Assembly (NCBI GenBank): GCA_902472945.1
Contig: CABRQJ010000001.1
Span: 1,102 to 65,101 of the forward strand
DNA length: 64,000 nt
Direction of reading: 5' to 3'
From: an uncultured Erysipelotrichaceae bacterium
GTDB lineage: Bacteria; Bacillota_I; Bacilli_A; Erysipelotrichales; Erysipelotrichaceae
Positions 20,445 to 28,654 of the stretch are shown here, one piece after another. The notes beneath the pieces are model-generated. The model worked only from the letters and a program-made list of their open reading frames with translations. It was not told the DNA's origin and made no database searches. A program made the position numbers and the translations under genes. The first letter of the stretch is position 1. Each line of letters begins with the position of its first letter.

Positions 20445-20542
20445 TTCTTCTCCTTTCCAAATGCCTTGTTTACCCTGACATTTTATGAATCTGGACAACT
20501 TGCTTCAATTCAGATTTCCGATTACATACATCAGTTTTACTA

Positions 20543-20576
20543 ATAAAAAAACAACTGCTACGGCTTTGCAGTTGTT
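20543..20576 (-). terminator. Intrinsic terminator after queT
   Basis: ACAACTGC-AAAGCCGTA-GCAGTTGT hairpin followed by TTTTTTTATT on the minus strand. Confidence 0.75.
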
Positions 20577-20584
20577 GTCTATGT

Positions 20585-21097
20585 TCAGGCAAAGAGATTC
20601 CGTTTTGCCAGGGCTTTGGAAAGAAAATAGCCGACGATGACGGAAATGAGTTCTCCAATTGCAACTTCTGTTCCCATGATGACAATGCCAAGGAACAGGC
20701 TGCCCTCAAAGAACAGCACGGCAAGTTCTGTACCGACAAAAAGGAAGTTGAAGACTACCGGCATGAGAATACTCCATACCGGAACACCATGGATTAACTT
20801 CTCTTTCAGATAGTATGTGCATTCTGCCGCAAGGAATGTTGCCAAGGTACCGATCACAGCATCTATGAGACCTGTCGGATTGACACCGAGCATTGCGCCC
20901 AACAGGTTTGTGAGGAAACATCCCAGTGTTACACCATAGATGGATGGCTTGTAAAACAGTGGCAGAATGGTCAGTGCTTCAGCAATTCTCACCTGGATGT
21001 TGCCGAAGGAAAACGGTGCGAGAACGAGTGATATGACCGTGTAGATTGCCGCAATCATGGCAACACGGACAAACGTGCTCATCTTTGTTTTGTTCAT
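20585..21097 (-). CDS. queT: QueT-family queuosine-precursor transporter (ECF-type S component-like, COG4708)
   Basis: About 170-aa, 5-TM protein with the characteristic QueT size and hydropathy. AAGGAG RBS 9 nt upstream. Confidence 0.7.
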   Translation of the reverse strand: MNKTKMSTFVRVAMIAAIYTVISLVLAPFSFGNIQVRIAEALTILPLFYKPSIYGVTLGCFLTNLLGAMLGVNPTGLIDAVIGTLATFLAAECTYYLKEKLIHGVPVWSILMPVVFNFLFVGTELAVLFFEGSLFLGIVIMGTEVAIGELISVIVGYFLSKALAKRNLFA

Positions 21098-21160
21098 TTG
21101 TAAAATCTCCTTATTTTGGGTTACGTCAGGTAGCCGCTACTGACGGCGGAAAAACCGCAG
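21098..21160 (-). other. Structured ~60-nt 5' leader of queT (two hairpins, then ACCCAAAAUAAGGAG tail). Candidate preQ1-responsive element, unconfirmed
   Basis: Leader RNA GGUUCUGCGGUUUUUCCGCCGUCAGUAGCGGCUACCUGACGUAACCCAAAAUAAGGAGAUUUUACAAAUG. QueT/COG4708 genes are commonly controlled by preQ1 riboswitches. I cannot fold or align it to a covariance model here. Confidence 0.3.
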
Positions 21161-21165
21161 AACCT

Positions 21166-21193
21166 ATTATAGGAGATTTTTAACATTTGTTAA
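21166..21193 (-). promoter_or_regulatory. Sigma-A-type promoter for queT (TTAACA-16-TATAAT)
   Basis: On the minus strand: TTAACA (21188-21193), a 16-nt spacer, then TATAAT (21166-21171). It overlaps the stop codon of the upstream permease. Confidence 0.55.
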
Positions 21194-22455
21194 GCCCAGA
21201 TGAGATAGAGAACCAGTGCACCAGCAATAGCAGCAATCAGTGTGAAAGGAACACCAATTCTCACAAAGTCTCTTGTTTTAACTTCATAACCTTCTTTGTG
21301 CAGAATGCCGATACCAGCAATGTTGGCAGATGCACCAACCGGTGTGATGTTTCCACCAAGGGTAGCACCGATAAGCAGTCCATAATAGAAAAGATATGGA
21401 TCTACACCGAGGATTTCGGCAATACCACCAACTACCGGCAACATGGTCGCAACATAGGGAATGTTGTCGATGAAGGCAGAAAGGACGACCGATACACCAA
21501 CGATCATGACATACATCAACAATGTAGAACTGCCACCGATATTGACGAAGACATCCGCAATGGCATCGATGACACCTGCTTCAGTAATACCTTCAATAAC
21601 CATAAACAAACCAGATAACAATAACAATGTCTGATAATCCACTGCTTTGATGGCTCTTTCCACCACTTTGCCGGAATGTCTTCTGACCATTTCATAAACG
21701 ACACCGATAAAGGCAAATGCCAAACAGATGATACCGTTGGTGAGCTCCGGCCTGTTTGGAAACTGGGAAGCGATAATCAATGAGACGATTGTTCCAACCA
21801 TCAAAACCGTTGGCACATGGTCCTGAACAACAGTTCTTGTCGAACCGGAAATTTTGTTTTTGTCATGCCGAAACAAAAATAACAGCACCGGTATAGTCGC
21901 AAGTGCACCAGCTTCTACCGCAAAGGTTATGCCCGGCTTGCCCATGAACCAGAAGAAGTCATTGAAACTCATGTTGGCATAAGAACCTAACAATATACTT
22001 GTCGTATCCCCGACAAGGGTTGCGGCACCCTGCAGATTACTAGAAACAGAAATGGCAACAATGACCGGAACCGGATTGGTTTTGAGCTGCCTTGCGACCG
22101 CAAGACCAACCGGTGCAACCATGAGTACTGTCGCAACATTGTCCACAAAAGCAGAAATGATACCCGCAAACAAGGAAAGTGCTACAACTGCCCATTGCAC
22201 AGTTGGTGTGATTTTCAACAGTGCCTCAGCCATGCGCACAGGCATTTTGCTTTCATTGAACAATTCAACGGTGATCATTGTACCGGCGAGCATCATGATG
22301 ACATTCCAGTTGATGGCACCCAGAGCATTAAAGAATGGCAATATGCCGGTAATGATGAACAATGCCGCAAAGCCAAGCGACACAAGCCACCGCTGGTTGG
22401 AAAATGTCAACAGCAGCACATACATGATAATGAACAGAATTAATGCGATTAGCAT
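21190..22455 (-). CDS. ArsB/NhaD-superfamily permease (CitMHS-like anion transporter), about 12 TM helices
   Basis: 421 aa, uniformly hydrophobic, with the two-repeat ion-transporter architecture. GGGGGT RBS. Confidence 0.7.
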   Translation of the reverse strand: MLIALILFIIMYVLLLTFSNQRWLVSLGFAALFIITGILPFFNALGAINWNVIMMLAGTMITVELFNESKMPVRMAEALLKITPTVQWAVVALSLFAGIISAFVDNVATVLMVAPVGLAVARQLKTNPVPVIVAISVSSNLQGAATLVGDTTSILLGSYANMSFNDFFWFMGKPGITFAVEAGALATIPVLLFLFRHDKNKISGSTRTVVQDHVPTVLMVGTIVSLIIASQFPNRPELTNGIICLAFAFIGVVYEMVRRHSGKVVERAIKAVDYQTLLLLSGLFMVIEGITEAGVIDAIADVFVNIGGSSTLLMYVMIVGVSVVLSAFIDNIPYVATMLPVVGGIAEILGVDPYLFYYGLLIGATLGGNITPVGASANIAGIGILHKEGYEVKTRDFVRIGVPFTLIAAIAGALVLYLIWA

Positions 22456-22559
22456 ATAACTACCCCCGTACTGATTTTCTGAATTCTAACCATTAATGTA
22501 TATCGATGAAAGAATTCCGATGAGTTTATGGTACCATAAAACCAACGAGGGGTTAAACT

Positions 22560-23402
22560 ATGGCAATTAAAGCAATTTTACTTGATATTGATGGTACGCT
22601 GACCAACAGTAAGAAAGAAATCACACCAGAAACACTTACCGCATTAAAGAATGCGCAGGACAGGGGCATCCGCCTTGTCCTTGCCAGCGGCAGACCTGCC
22701 AAAGGTCTCAGCAACTATGGTGATCTTTTGAACATGTGGATGCACCATGGATTGTTTGTCTGCTACAACGGTGCCCGTGTCATCGATTGTGAAAGCAAGG
22801 AAGTACTTGTTGATGTGACAATCAAACCAGAACTTGTCACAGCAGTTCTTGAACACATGAAGAAGTTCGATGTCATTCCGATTGTGACCTATGGGGAATA
22901 CATGGTTGTGGAAGATGTCTACCACTGCATGGTCAAAAACGGTGATCAGGAATTCAATGTTGTGCAATATGAATCCCGCATGAACAACTACCGTCTCATG
23001 GAATGTGAAGACCTGGCAAAGTTCACAAACTTCCCGGTAAACAAGATTCTCACCGCTGGTGATTCTGACTACCTGCAGGCTCACTGGCAGGAAATGCGGG
23101 AACCATTCAAGGACACACTTTCCTGTATGTTCACATCCAACTTCTATTATGAATACACATCCCTTGGTATTGATAAGGGTGCAGCCCTGAGAGAAGCCAT
23201 GGCAAAACTTGGCATCAAACCAGAAGAATGCATCGCCTTCGGTGATGCGGAAAATGATATTCCGATGCTGGAATATGCCGGCATTGGTGTAGCCATGGGC
23301 AATGCGCAGGACGGGGTCAAAGCCATTGCGGATGAAATTACCTTATCCAATGAAGAAGACGGTATTGCACATTCGCTCTACCGCCATATCGAAGGACTAT
23401 AA
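22560..23402 (+). CDS. Cof-type HAD-IIB phosphatase (sugar-phosphate phosphatase family)
   Basis: Motif I LLDIDGTL, motif II ASGR, and the motif III/IV pair K..FGDAENDIPML. GAGGGG RBS. Confidence 0.85.
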   Translation: MAIKAILLDIDGTLTNSKKEITPETLTALKNAQDRGIRLVLASGRPAKGLSNYGDLLNMWMHHGLFVCYNGARVIDCESKEVLVDVTIKPELVTAVLEHMKKFDVIPIVTYGEYMVVEDVYHCMVKNGDQEFNVVQYESRMNNYRLMECEDLAKFTNFPVNKILTAGDSDYLQAHWQEMREPFKDTLSCMFTSNFYYEYTSLGIDKGAALREAMAKLGIKPEECIAFGDAENDIPMLEYAGIGVAMGNAQDGVKAIADEITLSNEEDGIAHSLYRHIEGL

Positions 23403-23403
23403 G

Positions 23404-23427
23404 ATGCGGATCATTCCGCATTTTTTA
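23404..23427 (+). terminator. Intrinsic terminator after the Cof phosphatase gene (overlaps the 3' end of the convergent deaminase gene)
   Basis: ATGCGGA-TCAT-TCCGCAT followed by TTTTTT. Confidence 0.7.
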
Positions 23428-25735
23428 GTATCGCAAGTATATCTTCTGCAGAATGCAATACATGTACATAGCCTTTCAGGGATTGTGCTTTCTGTTGTAA
23501 CACACGGCTATGTCCATTGATGAAGATATTGTGTCTTGAAAGACCATTGTGGGCTTCCTGGATGAGGTTGTTTGCCGGACTGTTACCATCGAGAACCACA
23601 AGGACATACCTTCTTCTTTTGAAGATTTCTTCACTGATGCCCTTATATAACTCCATCGCTCTTAGTGCTTTGCTTACAAAGACATGTACACCTTCCCTTT
23701 TCAGCCTTTCACATTCCTGCATGGTTAGTTCCTCAGGCACAAAGGCAATGACCGGAATCCTGTCACCACACCTTTCTACCACATATTTTTCATAACCGCG
23801 CAATGTATGTCCCACAACAAAGCATACTTTCTCACCATCCACACCATCGATCAGTTTATCGAGCATTGCCTTTTCTTCCTGATGCATTGTTGTCACATGC
23901 TGGTCGTTGTTGAAACTTCCACCCGCAATCACAATTGGAATTCTGTCATTCATGCATGTGTTTTCAAACACATGCTTTGTCTCTACCATGGCACTACTAT
24001 CGAGCTTTATCACTATTTCTTTTTCCCTTTCAATCTTTTCCCTGTAGTACAAATCAATCGGTTTTCCATGCCTGTCCTGTTCCAATTGTTCTGCTTTTGT
24101 ACGCAAAGCAGCCATACCATTTTCTATGACTCTGTTCTCTGTTTTCTTCATCAGTAAAAGATCTTCTTCATCCAGGTCGAGCAGCCTTTCCAAAGCAAGC
24201 TGTTCATCGATGGAATCTGTTCCGTAGAGTGCTCCACCATCTGTTCCCTGTACACAGGCTACACCATGATGGAGGTATTGTTTTAGTGGATGGTGAGCCA
24301 GGGAACTGAGGTTGTTCAGCCGCACATTGGATGTGATCTGAAATTCCAATATTGCATGACTGTTGTGCAACAGCTCAAGCAGGTGCTTTCCCTTCTTCGA
24401 ATAGAGGTTAGCCGTATATAGACCATGACCAATGCGCACCATTGGCATTGGCTGTCCTTCTTCCATCGTTTCAATAACCATTTCAATACTGTTAGCGACA
24501 TTGTCACGCAGACAGTCATTTTCCCCGGCATGAATGCGGATGACAAAGGAAGGAATGTCTTTAGCAATCGAAACAAGTTCTTTGATCACCGGTTTCAGTT
24601 CCCGGATGTCATTGACTTCTTCACCGAGAATGTCACTACCGGCAATGTATGGGTCATCAGCTATTGCCCGCAATACCTGCAGTCCTTTGGACAGTGTTTC
24701 CTCCCTGTCTTCTTCATTGTTGAGGGCAATCCTTCGTATGCCGGCAAGGAAACGGATGGTCACACCGGTTTCCTTTGTGATTTGTGGCAGGATGGCGTGC
24801 ATTGCACTGAGGTTTGTTAGTGCACTTTCTGCTTTGCACAAGGAAGTATCAGAGATTTCCGCATAGCGTATACCATGTGCTGCATAGTGCCTTGCGATCC
24901 ACAACAGCAAGTCCTGGTACAGGGTGTTGTTTTTGTATGTTGATGAATGGTCAATGACGATTTGTTTTAAGACATGACGAATGGTTTCATCCGGTATGCG
25001 ATCAATTGAGGATAGTTCTATCTTTTGCTTTACAGGACTGCCTTTGGTGAATACGTATCTAAGCTTATAGACTTCTTCAAGGTCCGTAAACACCGCCTGT
25101 CCATCCTTTCTTACAGCCAGGGCAGTGCGGATGCGGTTGATATTGGTCATGGCATCTTCCCGATTCTTTAATAAGAGTTGTGCAAAGCTGATTTCTTCCT
25201 GCGTTGCAGTGCATTTCAACCGCACCTTCTCCATGAAGTCCTTTGGACAGATGAGCTGATGATATATGGCAAGGGCAATATAGATATCTGATGGCAGGTT
25301 GGCATTCATATGGGTGTGAAGGTCACTGTTGAACTTGCAGGAAGCCGGGATGAATGTTTTGACAACAGTTTTAAAAAAGGAAAGGTGGTAGTCCTTTGTC
25401 TGTGACATCAGGGTTTTGGAAATCGCAGGTACGGACGCCCTTTGTTCTATCCTTCCATCCGAATAGATGTTGGCAGCGGTAATATCCCTGAGGGAAAAGA
25501 TATAGACCTTTTCATTATTGCCATTGATAAAACATGGTACCTGTCCACGAATGACAAAGAGACCATCCTTGTTTTTGGAAAGTGGCAGATGACATAGTTT
25601 TGCAAAATTGCGGATGAGGTTGCCGGTTGTGTGGTTAGGCGTAGAAAGGGCATAGTACATGTCTTCGCCTTGTTTATACAATGTGATGACTATGTCCTTT
25701 TCCTTATCCAGGGCAAATTCTTTAAACTTCTCCAT
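23411..25735 (-). CDS. Three-domain protein: unknown N-terminal domain (aa 1-130), an adenosine/AMP-deaminase-fold metal-dependent hydrolase domain (aa ~133-530), and a C-terminal SLOG/LOG-like Rossmann domain (aa ~575-774)
   Basis: All four adenosine-deaminase catalytic signatures are present in order: SDLHTH (H140/H142), IRIHAGEN (H402/E405), VRIGHG (H437), and QGTDGGALYGTD (Asp pair). The C-terminus IPIVIAGGSF..VCFVVGHTLRG..IPVIAF resembles LOG/SLOG nucleotide-binding Rossmann folds. AGGAGG RBS 6 nt upstream. Confidence 0.7.
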   Translation of the reverse strand: MEKFKEFALDKEKDIVITLYKQGEDMYYALSTPNHTTGNLIRNFAKLCHLPLSKNKDGLFVIRGQVPCFINGNNEKVYIFSLRDITAANIYSDGRIEQRASVPAISKTLMSQTKDYHLSFFKTVVKTFIPASCKFNSDLHTHMNANLPSDIYIALAIYHQLICPKDFMEKVRLKCTATQEEISFAQLLLKNREDAMTNINRIRTALAVRKDGQAVFTDLEEVYKLRYVFTKGSPVKQKIELSSIDRIPDETIRHVLKQIVIDHSSTYKNNTLYQDLLLWIARHYAAHGIRYAEISDTSLCKAESALTNLSAMHAILPQITKETGVTIRFLAGIRRIALNNEEDREETLSKGLQVLRAIADDPYIAGSDILGEEVNDIRELKPVIKELVSIAKDIPSFVIRIHAGENDCLRDNVANSIEMVIETMEEGQPMPMVRIGHGLYTANLYSKKGKHLLELLHNSHAILEFQITSNVRLNNLSSLAHHPLKQYLHHGVACVQGTDGGALYGTDSIDEQLALERLLDLDEEDLLLMKKTENRVIENGMAALRTKAEQLEQDRHGKPIDLYYREKIEREKEIVIKLDSSAMVETKHVFENTCMNDRIPIVIAGGSFNNDQHVTTMHQEEKAMLDKLIDGVDGEKVCFVVGHTLRGYEKYVVERCGDRIPVIAFVPEELTMQECERLKREGVHVFVSKALRAMELYKGISEEIFKRRRYVLVVLDGNSPANNLIQEAHNGLSRHNIFINGHSRVLQQKAQSLKGYVHVLHSAEDILAILKNAE

Positions 25736-25750
25736 ATCCTGCCTCCTATA

Positions 25751-25772
25751 GAAAAAACCGCATGAAAGCGGT
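25751..25772 (-). terminator. Weak intrinsic terminator between the TrxB-like gene and the deaminase-fusion gene
   Basis: ACCGC-UUUCAU-GCGGU followed by UUUUUUC. It lies 4 nt after the TrxB-like stop and runs directly into the AGGAGG RBS of the next gene. Confidence 0.5.
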
Positions 25773-25776
25773 CTTC

Positions 25777-26649
25777 TCAGTTCTGATTCATTTTTGCAAG
25801 GTAATCTACAGCAGAAAGTGCCGCAACATTACCCTGTCCAGCTGATTTGATGTACTGGTATGGCTGACCGGTAATATCACCTGCCGCAAAGAAACAAGGC
25901 AGGGTTGTCTTCATGGAAAGGTCTACCACAACCCTGTTACCCTCTGTTTCAAGTCCTGGTACCATCTGTCCCGGGAATTGGGCTTCACGCAGAACGAATA
26001 CACAATCCACCGGATAGGTGTTCTTGTCCGTGCGCAATGCTTCCGTCTTGTTTTCCCCTAGGATTTCCACAGGTCTTTCCCTGATCACTTCTACATCTGT
26101 TTTAAACTCCGGTTCACTGTTATACAGTGGGAAGTAATACACATGTGAGCAGATTTCTCCAAGGAAGTCCGCTTCGCTTTCTTCATGTAAAGAACCACCG
26201 ATGACCGCAACAGCCTTGTCTTTGTAAAGTGGGGCATCACATGTTGCACAATAGCTCACACCTCTTCCAAGCAGCTTTTCTTCATTGGGATATGGCTTAC
26301 CAGCCACCACTCCAGAAGCGAGTATAACAGTTGTGGCTTCAGTAAACTGGTTATCATCTGTCTGTAACATGTAGTAACCACCCATGGCATAGACGGTTGT
26401 GACCTTGTGTTCCGTGATGGAAATGTTCAGCTCTTCGAGTTGTTTTGTAAAGGCGGCTGCCATTTCTTTACCCGTGACGGAAGGAAGGCCAAGGTAGTTG
26501 AGAATCGGATGGTCGACTACCTGCATCTTCCTGGATAAGTCACTGTTCCCAAAGAGAATGATGTTTTTATTTCTTACCTTTGCGGTAATTGCGGCTTTAA
26601 GACCTGCCGGTCCTGTACCGATGATGGCAATGTCATATCTGTTTTCCAT
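25777..26649 (-). CDS. Thioredoxin-reductase-like FAD/NAD(P) oxidoreductase
   Basis: N-terminal DIAIIGTGPAG (FAD GxGxxG), redox-active CATCDAP, and a second Rossmann AVIGGS. At 290 aa it is slightly short for canonical TrxB. AGGAGG RBS. Confidence 0.8.
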   Translation of the reverse strand: MENRYDIAIIGTGPAGLKAAITAKVRNKNIILFGNSDLSRKMQVVDHPILNYLGLPSVTGKEMAAAFTKQLEELNISITEHKVTTVYAMGGYYMLQTDDNQFTEATTVILASGVVAGKPYPNEEKLLGRGVSYCATCDAPLYKDKAVAVIGGSLHEESEADFLGEICSHVYYFPLYNSEPEFKTDVEVIRERPVEILGENKTEALRTDKNTYPVDCVFVLREAQFPGQMVPGLETEGNRVVVDLSMKTTLPCFFAAGDITGQPYQYIKSAGQGNVAALSAVDYLAKMNQN

Positions 26650-26723
26650 ATGCTTGTCCTCCTGTTTCTTCTATTGTATCCAAAAGAGAGAAAAACTTGG
26701 TGAAAATGACTACAAATCACATA

Positions 26724-26776
26724 TTGACAACTATAGTTGTCATTTATATACTGTAATTGACAAGGAAAGTTGTCAA
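26724..26776 (+). promoter_or_regulatory. Promoter TTGACA-17-TATACT with two palindromic operators, upstream of the XRE-DUF3169-ABC operon
   Basis: TTGACA (26724-29), a 17-nt spacer, then TATACT (26747-52). Perfect palindrome TGACAACT-AT-AGTTGTCA (26725..26742) overlaps the -35 box and spacer. TTGACAA-GGAAAG-TTGTCAA (26757..26776) overlaps the predicted TSS. Confidence 0.6.
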
Positions 26777-26796
26777 AATGGAAAGGAGAGGTGAGA

Positions 26797-27006
26797 ATGC
26801 CCCTATATAACCGGCTCAAAGAATTCCGCAGTATGCACAACATCAACCAGACAGAACTCGGTCATTTATGCGGTGTATCAAGACAGACTATTTCCCAGAT
26901 CGAACGCGGTGACTATTCACCATCGGTCGCTCTGGCACTCAAAATCGCAAAGGTACTGAACGTTACCGTAGAAGACATTTTCACCTGGGAGGACGACACA
27001 CAATGA
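26797..27006 (+). CDS. XRE-family HTH transcriptional regulator (69 aa)
   Basis: NINQTELGHLCGVSRQTISQIERG is the Cro/C1 HTH. Start at MPLYNRL with GGAGAGG RBS. The track ORF has a 9-aa extension. Confidence 0.85.
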   Translation: MPLYNRLKEFRSMHNINQTELGHLCGVSRQTISQIERGDYSPSVALALKIAKVLNVTVEDIFTWEDDTQ

Positions 27007-27770
27007 AAAAACAATTTGGAGGCACAAAGCGGTTCATTGCGATATTGCTCATAGCAATGCTGGCGGGAGGGGTTTTTGGCTATGGCATAGGCACACTGAT
27101 CAGACATAACAACTTCAGTAACCTTCCTGCACTCATCAAAGGTGGACTGATACAGATCATCATCCCTGTCATCATCCTGCTCATCATTCTCATCATCTAC
27201 AGTTTCATCAAAACAAGAAACTACCTGTTACAGTCCATCGCCAGGGTGGAAGAGGCAGAAGATGAAGAAGCAGATGCCATTGAAAACAAGATGTCAAAGG
27301 TCAATGCCCGCTTCATCATCTTCGCAAGTTTCTCATCCGTCCTTGCCATCTTCTTCATCTGTGAAACCATCGACTGGTACCTGGTCAGAGAAATGGATGA
27401 ACAATACACCCTGTTTTACATCCAGCTTGCCCTGGAAATGGTTTTCTCCCTTGTCAGTGGATTTACCACTGCCGCAATCTACAAGATTATCAAAAAGGCA
27501 TATCACAAAGAAGGTGAACCAGGTGACAAGAACTGGCAGCAGCTCTATTTCAACAGCCTGGATGAAGCAGAACAGATGGCGGTGTATAAAGCTTCCATGA
27601 AAGCGATGCAGGCAGGATGTAAAGGCATCATTGCCATGATGATCGTGGCATTGATTTCAAATGTATTGTTCCATACCGGTACATTTGTCATCTTCATCCT
27701 CATGATTCTCTATATTTTCATCGAACTCACCTATGCACACACAATACTCAAAGAAGGGAAACAATCATGA
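27003..27770 (+). CDS. DUF3169-like polytopic membrane protein (typical partner of small XRE regulators)
   Basis: 255 aa, 4-5 TM helices. Start overlaps the XRE stop by 4 nt. Confidence 0.7.
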   Translation: MKKQFGGTKRFIAILLIAMLAGGVFGYGIGTLIRHNNFSNLPALIKGGLIQIIIPVIILLIILIIYSFIKTRNYLLQSIARVEEAEDEEADAIENKMSKVNARFIIFASFSSVLAIFFICETIDWYLVREMDEQYTLFYIQLALEMVFSLVSGFTTAAIYKIIKKAYHKEGEPGDKNWQQLYFNSLDEAEQMAVYKASMKAMQAGCKGIIAMMIVALISNVLFHTGTFVIFILMILYIFIELTYAHTILKEGKQS

Positions 27771-28654
27771 AACTCGAAATCAAAGAACTCCATAAGTCCT
27801 TTGGAGAAAACCATGTTCTCAAAGGCATAAACATACATGCTGAAAGCGGAAAAGCACTTGGTCTGCTCGGAAGAAACGGTGCTGGCAAGACAACGACCAT
27901 CCGCATATTGCTCAACATCTTCCAGGCAGATAGTGGTGAAATACTGCTTGATGGAAAGCCAATAGACATCTCAAAAATCAAAATCGGTTACCTCCCGGAA
28001 GAAAGAGGCATGTATCCAAAAAAGAAAATCCTCGACCAGCTTGTCTACTTTGCAGAGCTGAAGGGACTTGGTCATAAGGAAGCACAAACAAAGTGCAGAG
28101 AATGGCTGGAAAGACTTGAACTATCAGATGCCGCAAACAAAAGACTCGATACCTTATCCAAAGGCAACCAGCAGAAAGTACAGCTCATCACTGCCCTGAT
28201 CAATGATCCGGACATCATCGTTCTCGATGAACCATTCTCTGGTCTTGACCCTGTCAATGCAAGGGTATTGGAAGACGTTGTCCATGAACAGATTCACAAT
28301 GACAAGATCGTCTTCTTCTCTGGTCATCAGATGAACTATATCGAAGAATTCTGCAATGACATTGCCATATTGAACCATGGTGAAATTGTTGTGCATGGGG
28401 CACTGGATGACATCCGTCATACCTATCCCCGCAACAAACTCATCATCCGTTCTAAAGATGTGAATGCCATCAAAGAAAACTATGGTGGAACACTGGATGA
28501 CAAAAACAACCTGCTCATCACATTAGATGAAGAACAGCAGAAAAATGAAGTCATGTTACAACTGACAAAACACTATGACATAGATGAAATCAAAGTCTAT
28601 GAACCAACACTCACCGATATCTTTGTGGACTATACGGAAGGAGACAGAGCATGA
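27767..28654 (+). CDS. ABC transporter ATP-binding protein
   Basis: Walker A GRNGAGKTT, ABC signature LSKGNQQK, Walker B IIVLDEPFSGLD, and an H-loop. Confidence 0.92.
   Translation: MKLEIKELHKSFGENHVLKGINIHAESGKALGLLGRNGAGKTTTIRILLNIFQADSGEILLDGKPIDISKIKIGYLPEERGMYPKKKILDQLVYFAELKGLGHKEAQTKCREWLERLELSDAANKRLDTLSKGNQQKVQLITALINDPDIIVLDEPFSGLDPVNARVLEDVVHEQIHNDKIVFFSGHQMNYIEEFCNDIAILNHGEIVVHGALDDIRHTYPRNKLIIRSKDVNAIKENYGGTLDDKNNLLITLDEEQQKNEVMLQLTKHYDIDEIKVYEPTLTDIFVDYTEGDRA

Noticed and set aside
19263-20498. Extended N-termini of several track ORFs: Fe-ADH 20498, GH1 58063, peptidase 33878, NSS transporter 34471, DNPH1-like 35798, XRE 26770, rubrerythrin 2447
   Set aside because: In each case an internal ATG with a well-spaced SD gives a family-typical N-terminus. 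The extensions overlap upstream genes or terminators.
21098-21160. Calling the queT leader a confirmed preQ1-I riboswitch
   Set aside because: I could not identify a convincing 5-bp P1 stem enclosing an ~11-nt loop by eye. It is kept only as a candidate (see findings).
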